Notes under the pieces: generated by a model | The model's input: the letters and a program-made list of their open reading frames with translations, nothing else | Told to the model about the DNA's origin: nothing | Databases searched by the model: none | In this document: piece by piece, positions 25,051-37,200 of the stretch | Position numbering within the stretch: the first letter of the stretch is position 1 | Layout of the letters: each line of letters begins with the position of its first letter | Translations under genes and position numbers: made by a program | Source: Haliotis rubra | Taxonomy: Eukaryota | DNA: 64,000 bases | Direction of reading: 5' to 3' | Assembly (NCBI RefSeq): GCF_003918875.1 | Contig: NW_025767093.1 | Span: 682,001-746,000, forward strand

Positions 25051-25218
25051 TATATAACAAGTTTTATGGATAACAACTTCTTTATTTTCGTGAGTGCGAC
25101 GTTTCGATACAGATTCTTGTACCGTTGTCAAGCAAGAGTGACAACGGTACAAGAATCTGTATCGAAACGTCGCACTCACGAAAATAAAGAAGTTGTTATC
25201 CATAAAACTTGTTATATA
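25051..25218. repeat. Perfect inverted repeat: 80-bp arms with an 8-nt spacer; resembles a Penelope-like pLTR terminus
   Basis: 25051-25130 is the exact reverse complement of 25139-25218; each arm carries CGAAACGTCG...AATAAA. Confidence 0.93.
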
Positions 25219-28200
25219 ATGTTTCTTTTAGTGGAATTTGGATTTTTTGTGTGTTTTATCAACAGAAACCTATGCGGAAGAAATTGACCAAACATACAAA
25301 AATACACACGTATGTTCAGAAGAACTAGGACACGATATACAGGCCGTGAAACCCGGAATTAAGTGAAACATCGAAATTACTCGCAACAGTGTCTTCCTCC
25401 CACCCACGGTTAGCAGGGGTATTAAGTACAAACATTGGTCGGTGACATTTTTCGCAAAACATATAATTCAAATTTTTGTACAAGACCGCGAGTCGCTCAC
25501 TGGTGTTGTTGAGTGAGTGAGTAAGTTTAGTTTACGCCGGACTCAGCAATATCCCCCCCCCCCCTCCCTCTCTCCCCTTTTCTCTCTCCCTCTATCTTAA
25601 TACTCTCGCTCACCAATGGCAGTTTGTCAACAGCTTCTAAAATGCGTCAACATTCCGCCTCAGGTGCAACTCTATGTTTAAAAAGATCATAATTAAAATA
25701 ATAACAATCCTTATCTTTAGTTCTGTTTCAGACACGTCTGATACGACGGAATGTCCTCACGCCACAGGGTCGGCCAGGTCAAGCGAACATCGGGTCAAAT
25801 CGTGATCAGCCGGAAGGGAAAGTTTGTCATTCCCAAAATAGTTTATGTTTAATGTTTATTATATGGAATGCAAATGATTGTGATCTTGTTGGTAGTTGAG
25901 ATATTTATACACTATGATATTAACCTTTAATCCTTAGCCCCGTACACAAATTTAATCTAAATGGCGTTTGTTTTTCAGAAAGACATCTGGCACTTCCGTC
26001 AGAATATGTTAATTTTTAAACACCTTATTGTTATAGTTTGACGTTACGTTTTGGGGCGTTTCAATTTAAACAGATACCACTGTGATATGAATCAAATGAA
26101 AAAAATTGTTATTTCAGATATTTATTATTAATAATATATTAGTTATTGCGACTGGGGATGTCGTTATGCTACATAATTAAGCTGAAACGAAAAGGTAACC
26201 CGGATGTAGACCTTGGTATGGAACAAACCAACAATTTACAGGGCAATTATCGATTGTATTGTACAATTAACTAAGTTTACAAACCATCTAGCTAACACCA
26301 ATCTCTACAAAGGCAGGGGCGGTGGGGTAGCCTAGTGGTACTACACTTGGAATATTGTCACATGGTGAATAGCAGCGCCACATAACAGTCAGAGAATAGT
26401 TTCCTTGTCTAAGACCATGCATGTATTTTACTCTGAAACGAGGAGAGATGCGAACAGTTACATTTTGTTTCAACACATGTTTATGACATTCATACAACCC
26501 ATTATATTTGGGGGAAACAGAGGTAAAAGACTGTTCTACCAGTTCTTCTTGAATATATTATAAAATATGAATTTGCATTAAGATGTCTCGGCTATTAACC
26601 AGACAACTGCGACCCATGTGTAGAATATCGATGTGTTTTCACTGAGTTACTGATTTTCTGTATACCTAAACGAGGCAGTGTAAGTACTCATTTGAAGGTG
26701 TTGTGGTGTGTGTACCTTTATACTCATTTGAAGCTGTTGTGGTGTGTGTACATTTAATTGACCAAGGTGGAACGGTGAGCATTCGGCCCCATGCACCACT
26801 AGACGATACACTGAGGGGTTAGCGAGAGAACACGCACCTGTCTAAATGTTGACAGTCACAAAAGACGTAGGGAAGAGCATTTGGCACATGTATTCTTGAG
26901 GCTTAAAAAGACGTGTTGTATGAAATGTAAAATTTATGCTTTATTTGATTTTGTGTATGAGGTCGAAGTTGAATATGAAGAAATATTAGCTCGCACTGAA
27001 AGAGTTTCTATAGCCATAGCGACAAGCTCACCGAGAGTAATTCATAATACTAAATGATGAATGATAAATATTGTCTCACAGTGTGTAGCATGTCATGTCG
27101 TTACTGCTGTCTTTTCCGATCTAGCAATATTCTGATTGTAATTTGTATTTGCATAACAAATAATGTTTTATGAGACATTTAGAACAAAGTGGGTTTCCCT
27201 GATCTCAAGGTTAACCATCAACTGATTTGCTCGATTGTTAGAACGACGTCACATAAGATCGTTTTGACGTCAGTGATGACGTCATCTACATTCATCATCG
27301 ACAATGAGCTCATATGGCCTTACGTTGCTATGGACCTAACGCAAACAACGAGGCAATTGAAACGAATTGTCCAATAAAATTAATATACATAGAGATTATT
27401 ACACGAGCAAATGTGTCATGCGACTTATACGAAACGAGTGGGAAATTGTGTATTGTCCGAGCGAGAGCTCATTGCTCATACCATCGAGCGAGAGCTCGGG
27501 CAATACAACATTTGGCACGAGTTTCGCATAAGTCGTGTGGCACACTTGCAAGTGTAATAATTTCTTTATTATCCATTTTATTCGTGTGCATTTGTGCAGT
27601 AAAACATGGTAAGCAAGTGTGACTGCCCAGTTCACTGACGTCACGTTCAGTTGTTTAATGACGTCACAGACGAAGAAACACTGGTTGCTAGGCAAAAGTA
27701 ATATGTGCACATGTGATATTTGGTTATGTTTTACCATATGAATAATAAACAATATTACACAGTATGCACATTACAGGTTTAACGTTTATACCTCCATAAA
27801 TGCAAAAAAAAAAGAAAGTATATAAATACAAAAATAAAAGTCCAATGAGAAATAAATGTATATAAAAGTTAGGTTTAAATAACACATAATATAACCGTCT
27901 CATTAGCAAATTCTGTCTGCATGTCCGATACAGGTAGTCACGAGGCTGACCAGTACGTCAGTAATAAATCCCCCATTACGACTGTTGGTTGTGTTAGGTG
28001 ATGTAAGCACACCACGACCCTGGAACTGTATGGGAGTTGATTGATGTATCAGAGATGTAAGTACAGGTATGTGTCAACCTGATTCTACTGCGTATTTCCC
28101 TGTAGTAAGAACCCACGGAAACCATTTGCCTTATCAGATTACAGGTATTTTTATATTATAGGAAATTATAGTATTATAAGTCGTTTTTGCTATATTTAAG

Positions 28201-28890
28201 AAATAACTTCCATATGTTTTTCTTGTATGTTGGTAGGAACGCCATTTCTTTTGTGCAGCTCGTTTAAATGCAACGTCATAAGCGCAGTTTTGTATACTGA
28301 ACAGCATTGAAAATACACCAGTAAGGTTTTAAAATATCACAAAAACGGCTTAAGGCAATAACCAGTTTTATTTAGAACAGAAGTAGATGGATTATTATGA
28401 AACACAACAAAGAGCAAAAAAAACAAACAGCAAAAAACCCCAACCCCCCAAACAAAACAAATAACAAACACACTAAAAAAACCAAATTAAAATAAAAACC
28501 AAAACAATTGGCCGCAACACAAACCATGCAATGTCTACTCAATGAGTCTTTGAATAGTGTTCTGGGGAATAGCATTCCATTATGCATGACGTAGTGGATC
28601 TTCAAGATGGCCACGAACGACATGGCGATCTTGACGAGGTGTCGTTACACGACGTTGACGTATTCGATCTCTGGTGGTTCATATCTGCTGGTATCTGATG
28701 TATATAGCCAGAGGGTGGTTAAATGGTGGCATTGAAATCGCTGTGTAACAACTCTGCTTGACATCTCTTGTGTCAGTACTCTATACGTGGGTTCCAAGAG
28801 CCCGTCTTTTACAACCCTGCTACTGTATGTTTAGTCCAGACACCAAAACCTGTCCATGATGTGCAACCGTATAAGAGACAAATGACTAGC

Positions 28891-31800
28891 CCGTCCCCGT
28901 GCGCCGCTGTACAAAGTAACATTACGGCTAAGACCGTCAATAATCTATACTAAGATAAAGGAATTACTGTCTCCATGGGCCACTGTACAAAGTAACATTA
29001 ACGCTAAGACCGTCATTAATCTATACTAAGATAGGAGAATTACTGTCTCCGTGCGCCGCTGTACAAAATAACATTAACGCTAAGACCGTCATTAATCTAT
29101 ACTAAGATAAAGAAATTACTGTCTCCGTGGGCCACTGTACAAAGTAACATTAACGCTAAGACCGTCATTAATCTATACTAAGATAAAGGAATTACTGTCT
29201 CCGTGGGCCACTGTACAAAGTAACATTAACGCTAAGACCGTCATTAATCTATACTAAGATAAAGGAATTACTGTCTCCTTGGGCCGCTGTACAAAATAAC
29301 ATTAACGCAAAGACCGTCATTAATCTATACTAAGATACAGGAATTACTGTCTCCGTGTGCCGCTGTACAAAGTAACATTAACGCTAAGACCGTCATTAAT
29401 CTATACTAAGATATGGGAATTACTGTCTCCGTGCGCCGCTGTACAAAGTAACATTAACGCTAAGACAGTCATTAATCTATACTAAGATAGGGGAATTACT
29501 GTCTCCATGGGCCACTGTACAAAGTAACATTAACGCTAAGACCGTCATTAATCTATACTAAGATAAAGGAATTACTGTCTCCTTGGGCCGCTGTACAAAA
29601 TAACATTAACGCAAAGACAGTCATTAATCTATACTAAGATACAGGAATTACTGTCTCCGTGTGCCGCTGTACAAAGTAACATTAACGCTAAGACCGTCAT
29701 TAATCTATACTAAGATATGGGAATTACTGTCTCCGTGCGCCGCTGTACAAAGTAACATTAACGCTAAGACAGTCATTAATCTATACTAAGATAGGGGAAT
29801 TACTGTCTCCATGGGCCACTGTACAAAGTAACATTAACGCTAAGACAGTCATTAATCTATACTAAGATAAAGGAATTACTGTCTCCGTGGGCCACTGTAC
29901 AAAGTAACATTAACGCTAAGACCGTCATTAATCTATACTAAGATATGGGAATTACTGTCTCCGTTGGCCACTGTACAAAGTAACATTAACGCTAAGACCG
30001 TCATTAATCTATACTAAGATAGGGGAATTACTGTCTCCTTGGGCCGCTGTATAAAGTAACATTAACGCTAAGACCGTCATTAATCTATACTAAGATATAG
30101 GAATTCCTGTCTCCTTGGGCCGCTGTACAAAATAACATTAACGCAAAGACAGTCATTAATCTATACTAAGATACAGGAATTACTGTCTCCGTGTGCCGCT
30201 GTACAAAGTAACATTAACGCAAAGACCGTCATTAATCTATACTAAGATAAAGGAATTACTGTCTCCTTGGGCCACTGTACAAAGTAACATTAACGCTAAG
30301 ACCGTCATTAATCTATACTAAGATAAAGGAATTACTGTCTCCTTGGGCCACTGTACAAAGTAACATTAACGCTAAGACCGTCATTAATCTATACTAAGAT
30401 AAAGGAATTACTGTCTCCTTGGGCCGCTGTACAAAATAACATTAACGCAAAGACCGTCATTAATCTATACTAAGATACAGGAATTACTGTCTCCGTGTGC
30501 CGCTGTACAAAGTAACATTAACGCTTAAGACCGTCATTAATCTATACTAAGATATGGGAATTACTGTCTCCTTGCGCCGCTGTACAAAGTAACATTAACG
30601 CTAAGACAGTCATTAATCTATACTAAGATAGGGGAATTACTGTCTCCATGGGCCACTGTACAAAGTAACATTAACGCTAAGACCGTCATTAATCTATACT
30701 AAGATAAAGGAATTACTGTCTCCTTGGGCCGCTGTACAAAATAACATTAACGCAAAGACCGTCATTAATCTATACTAAGATACAGGAATTACTGTCTCCG
30801 TGTGCCGCTGTACAAAGTAACATTAACGCTAAGACCGTCATTAATCTATACTAAGATATGGGAATTACTGTCTCCGTGCGCCGCTGTACAAAGTAACATT
30901 AACGCTAAGACAGTCATTAATCTATACTAAGATAGGGGAATTACTGTCTCCATGGGCCACTGTACAAAGTAACATTAACGCTAAGACAGTCATTAATCTA
31001 TACTAAGATAAAGGAATTACTGTCTCCGTGGGCCACTGTACAAAGTAACATTAACGCTAAGACCGTCATTAATCTATACTAAGATATGGGAATTACTGTC
31101 TCCGTGGGCCACTGTACAAAGTAACATTAACGCTAAGACCGTCATTAATCTATACTAAGATAGGGGAATTACTGTCTCCTTGGGCCGCTGTACAAAGTAA
31201 CATTAACGCTAAGACCGTCATTAATCTATACTAAGATAAAGGAATTCCTGTCTCCTTGGGCCGCTGTACAAAATAACATTAACGCAAAGACAGTCATTAA
31301 TCTATACTAAGATACAGGAATTACTGTCTCCGTGTGCCGCTGTACAAAGTAACATTAACGCTAAGACCGTCATTAATCTATACTAAGATATGGGAATTAC
31401 TGTCTCCGTGCGCCGCTGTACAAAGTAACATTAACGCTAAGACAGTCATTAATCTATACTAAGATAGGGGAATTACTGTCTCCATGGGCCACTGTACAAA
31501 GTAACATTAACGCTAAGACAGTCATTAATCTATACTAAGATATGGGAATCACTGTCTCCGTTGGCCACTGTACAAAGTAACATTAACGCTAAGACCGTCA
31601 TTAATCTATACTAAGATAGGGGAATTACTGTCTCCTTGGGCCGCTGTACAAAGTAACATTAACGCTAAGACCGTCATTAATCTATACTAAGATAAAGGAA
31701 TTACTGTCTCCTTGGGCCGCTGTACAAAATAACATTAACGCAAAGACCGTCATTAATCTATACTAAGATACAGGAATTACTGTCTCCGTGTGCCGCTGTA

Positions 31801-32454
31801 CAAAGTAACATTAACGCTAAGACCGTCATTAATCTATACTAAGATATGGGAATTACTGTCTCCGTGCGCCGCTGTACAAAGTAACATTAACGCTAAGACA
31901 GTCATTAATCTATACTAAGATAGGGGAATTACTGTCTCCATGGGCCACTGTACAAAGTAACATTAACGCTAAGACAGTCATTAATCTATACTAAGATATG
32001 GGAATTACTGTCTCCGTTGGCCACTGTACAAAGTAACATTAACGCTAAGACCGTCATTAATCTATACTAAGATAAAGGAATTACTGTCTCCGTGGGCCGC
32101 TGTACAAAATAACATTAACACTAAGACCGTCATTGATCTATACTAAGATAGGGGAATTACTGTCTCCATGGGCCACTGTACAAAGTAACATTAACGCTAA
32201 GACAGTCATTAATCTATACTAAGATATGGGAATTACTGTCTCCGTTGGCCACTGTACAAAGTAACATTAACGCTAAGACCGTCATTAATCTATACTAAGA
32301 TAAAGGAATTACTGTCTCCGTGGGCCGCTGTACAAAATAACATTAACACTAAGACCGTCATTGATCTATACTAAGATAAAGGAATTACTGTCTCCGTGCG
32401 CCGCTGTACAATGTAACATTAACGCTAAGACCGTCATTAATCTATACTAAGATA
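28891..32454. repeat. 76-bp satellite, ~47 copies, with higher-order structure
   Basis: Unit CTGTCTCCGTGGGCCACTGTACAAAGTAACATTAACGCTAAGACCGTCATTAATCTATACTAAGATAAAGGAATTA. Confidence 0.98.
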
Positions 32455-33104
32455 AGTTAAACAAAGGTGGCACCTAAATCAAGTATTGAGGCGGCATACT
32501 TATCTGTGGTAGTTGGAGTCGACCGACAGATATGTCTTATCTATCCTCGGGTGGTCAGGTGAGCTACAACTGTTGCTCACAAAATCTCACCATTTCTCAC
32601 AGAAGACAAACCGGTATATAGTTGTTATTAGTTGTAGATTATCCTACATGTTATTTATGTGGGATAATCTCCGTTATAACCTCGACGGAACGATGCACAC
32701 TATATATCATTTCACATGATATTCAGGCTGTTCTATTTTGGCACTGTAAGAAATATATACTGTCTGCCATCTTAAAGAAAGTCTACTGTTTGGTACATAC
32801 ACCAATTCACCATTTCACAAATGTGACAGATGCCAATCACTGAGACCCAGTATCTGACCCACGTTTTTTTATCACTATTCAATAATACCCTGGTTAAGCA
32901 ACGCCTACGTCAGTGGTGTATAATGCTATAGTGTGATTGACGTGACCATGTCGTAGTAATAAGAACATGACCGTCGGCTGCCCCCTTCGGGTGAACAGCC
33001 GTCCGCCATTATACAAACCGAGACAGTGTCGTAACACTATGGGCAGCTTGTATCGGTGTGCTGAGGTGAAACCACTTTCTGTATGAGAATAACAGTGTGC
33101 ATCA

Positions 33105-33266
33105 GTGACTGAGTTTAGTTTTACGCCGCTTTTAGCAACATTACAGCAACATCACAGCGGGGGACACCAGAAACGGGCTTTACACATTGTACCCATATAG
33201 AGAATCGAATCCGAGTCTTCGGTGTGACGAGCGAACGCTTTTACCACTGGGCTACCCCACCGCCCC
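33105..33266 (-). mobile_element. SINE family A, full length
   Basis: Reverse complement of the consensus, ending CTACCCCACCGCCCC. Confidence 0.9.
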
Positions 33267-34248
33267 ATTAGAGCATCGGACTTCTACCAGTGTATCTGTA
33301 ATAGTTGGGGGGTAACACAGTCACCCTGTCTTACTCAATCATCATGATCTCTAGGACACTTTAAAGTGATTGTATGGAATTTGACTGTCTAAATAGGAAA
33401 TTAATTGGGACTTTATGGTTCCATAAATCGAGAAAAAGTCTTCCTATTGACAAATTTCTGCTTTCGTATTGGCTGATAACAGCTTGATTGACACTTTGCG
33501 CAGACCAATGTCAGTAATTTTGCCTTGCTGTCTTTATTTTTTTCTGTGTATTTACCTTCACATTTAGAGTCTGTGACGTTATTGACGTATTTCTAAGAAT
33601 CGACTACAATACGTATTTGTGATTTGTGTACGTATGCGCATGAAATCCGGTGTGTACGTCAGTCCACTACTCTGATTTACAGTGTGCACCACGGGTTCTA
33701 CATTATATGCCTCCATAAACATGTAGATATTTTACCCAGTTCTCAATGGAAACAAATCCTGATAGTAAAGACATTCACGGATAACTTTCGTTGTCAAGTT
33801 CAGATTCTGTCTGTTGAATGATCTCACTGCCAAGGTTCCAGAAACTAAACAAGGTTGACTTCACGTTTAAAGTCATGTTAAATGGAGTCTAGGGAAACTG
33901 ATGGAGTCTGAACTCATTGCGTGGACATTTGACATTTTTCATAAAGAGTTGGCATTTAAGAGAAATACATTATTCGCCGTCTTCTTCACGCCTGACAAAA
34001 CAAACACTACATAACACACACACGCATCGTGCACACTGAATCATACAAGCCGTGAGTTAATTCAAAGACAATATGTCCTTTCCTTCTGTTAGCGTAGTCT
34101 ACCCATTGTAGACATTTTTAATATAGATACAAAATGAATCATAATGTTTTACACGAACTTGCTTCAAAATGTGACTGAAATATTTGCCAGCAATATGAAA
34201 CTATGGGAGCTCGGCAGTTAACAGGATAAACCAAGGACATGTCCAACT

Positions 34249-37200
34249 GGAGTCAGTACCCTGTGTCTGACAGTTACCCTTGTTAAACTGTGACATGGTA
34301 TCTCAGTAGGTTAGCTGGGAGTCAGTACCCTGTGTCTGACAGGTACCCTTGTTAAACTGTGACATGGTATCTCAGTAGGTTAGCTGGGAGTCAGTACCCT
34401 GTGTCTGACAGGTACCCGTGTTAAACTGTGACATGGTATCTCAGTAGGTTAGCTGGGAGTCAGTACCCTGTGTCTGACAGGTATCCGTGTTAAACTGTCA
34501 CATGGTATCTCAGTAGGTTAGCTTGGAGTCAGTACCCTGTGTCTGACAGTTACCCTTGTTAAACTGTGACATGGTATCTCAGTAGGTTAGCTGGGAGTCA
34601 GTACCCTGTGTCTGACAGGTACCCGTAAGTTAAACTGTGACATGGTATCTCAGTGGGTTAGCTGGGAGTCAGTACCCTGTGTCTGACAGTTACCCTTGTT
34701 AAACTGTGACATGGTATCTCAGTAGGTTAGCTGGGAGTCAGTACCCTGTGTCTGACAGGTACCCGTGTTAAACTGTGACATGGTATCTCAGTAGGTTAGC
34801 TGGGAGTCAGTACCCTGTGTCTGACAGGTACCCGAGTTAAACTGTGACATGGTATCTCAGTAGGTTAGCTGGGAGTCAGTACCCTGTGTCTGACAGTTAC
34901 CCTTGTTAAACTGTGACATGGTATCTCAGTAGGTTAGCTGGGAGTCAGTATCCTGTGTCTGACAGGTACCCGTGTTAAACTGTGACATGGTATCTCAGTA
35001 GGTTAGCTGGGAGTCAGTACCCTGTGTCTGACAGTTACCCTTGTTAAACTGTGACATGGTATCTCAGTAGGTTAGCTGGGAGTCAGTATCCTGTGTCTGA
35101 CAGGTACCCGGATTAAACTGTGACATGGTATCTCAGTAGGTTAGCTTGGAGTCAGTACCTGTGTCTGACAGTTACCCTTGTTAAACTGTGACATGGTATC
35201 TCAGTAGGTTAGCTGGGAGTCAGTACCCTGTGTCTGACAGGTACCCGTGTTAAACTGTGACATGGTATCTCAGTAGGTTAGCTGGGAGTCAGTACCCTGT
35301 GTCTGACAGGTACCCGAGTTAAACTGTGACATGGTATCTCAGTAGGTTAGCTGGGAGTCAGTACCCTGTGTCTGACAGTTACCCTTGTTAAACTGTGACA
35401 TGGTATCTCAGTAGGTTAGCTGGGAGTCAGTACCCTGTGTCTGACAGGTACCCGTGTTAAACTGTGACATGGTATCTCAGTAGGTTAGCTGGGAGTCAGT
35501 ACCCTGTGTCTGACAGGTACCCGAGTTAAACTGTGACATGGCATCTCAGTAGGTTAGCTGGGAGTCAGTACCCTGTGTCTGACAGTTACCCTTGTTAAAC
35601 TGTGACATGGTATCTCAGTAGGTTAGCTGGGAGTCAGTACCCTGTGTCTGACAGGTACCCGTGTTAAACTGTGACATGGTATCTCAGTAGGTTAGCTTGG
35701 AGTCAGTACCCTGTGTCTGACAGTTACCCTTGTTAAACTGTGACATGGTATCTCAGTAGGTTAGCTGGGAGTCAGTACCCTGTGTCTGACAGGTACCCTT
35801 GTTAAACTGTGACATGGTATCTCAGTAGGTTAGCTGGGAGTCAGTACCCTGTGTCTGACAGTTACCCTTGTTAAATTGTGACATGGTATCTCAGTAGGTT
35901 AGCTGGGAGTCAGTTCCCTGTGTCTGACAGGTACCCGTGTTAAACTGTGACATGGTATCTCAGTAGGTTAGCTGGGAGTCAGTACCCTGTGTCTGACAGT
36001 TACCCTTGTTAAATTGTGACATGGTATCTCAGTAGGTTAGCTGGGAGTCAGTTCCCTGTGTCTGACAGTTACCCTTGTTAAACTGTGACATGGTATCTCA
36101 GTAGGTTAGCTGGGAGTCAGTACCCTGTGTCTGACAGGTACCCGTGTTAAACTGTGACATGGTATCTCAGTAGGTTAGCTGGGAGTCAGTACCCTGTGTC
36201 TGACAGTTACCCTTGTTAAACTGTGACATGGTATCTCAGTAGGTTAGCTGGGAGTCAGTACCCTGTGTCTGACAGGTACCCGTGTTAAACTGTGACATGG
36301 TATCTCAGTAGGTTAGCTGGGAGTCAGTACCCTGTGTCTGACAGGTACCCGAGTTAAACTGTGACATGGTATCTCAGTAGGTTAGCTGGGAGTCAGTACC
36401 CTGTGTCTGACAGTTACCCTTGTTAAACTGTGACATGGTATCTCAGTAGGTTAGCTGGGAGTCAGTACCCTGTGTCTGACAGTTACCCTTGTTAAACTGT
36501 GACATGGTATCTCAGTAGGTTAGCTGGGAGTCAGTACCCTGTGTCTGACAGGTACCCGAGTTAAACTGTGACATGGTATCTCAGTAGGTTAGCTGGGAGT
36601 CAGTACCCTGTGTCTGACAGGTACCCGTGTTAAACTGTGACATGGTATCTCAGTGGGTTAGCTGGGAGTCAGTACCCTGTGTCTGACAGTTACCCTTGTT
36701 AAACTGTGACATGGTATCTCAGTAGGTTAGCTGGGGAGTCAGTACCCTGTGTCTGACAGGTACCCGTGTTAAACTGTGACATGGTATCTCAGTAGGTTAG
36801 CTGGGAGTCAGTACCCTGTGTCTGACAGGTACCCGAGTTAAACTGTGACATGGTATCTCAGTAGGTTAGCTGGGAGTCAGTACCCTGTGTCTGACAGTTA
36901 CCCTTGTTAAACTGTGACATGGTATCTCAGTAGGTTAGCTGGGAGTCAGTATCCTGTGTCTGACAGGTACCCGTGTTAAACTGTGACATGGTATCTCAGT
37001 AGGTTAGCTGGGAGTCAGTACCCTGTGTCTGACAGTTACCCTTGTTAAACTGTGACATGGTATCTCAGTAGGTTAGCTGGGAGTCAGTATCCTGTGTCTG
37101 ACAGGTACCCGGATTAAACTGTGACATGGTATCTCAGTAGGTTAGCTTGGAGTCAGTACCCTGTGTCTGACAGTTACCCTTGTTAAACTGTGACATGGTA

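Noticed and set aside
24994-25287. Mirror ORFs MDNNFFIFVSATFRYRFLYRC on both strands
   Set aside because: A direct consequence of the palindrome, not two genes
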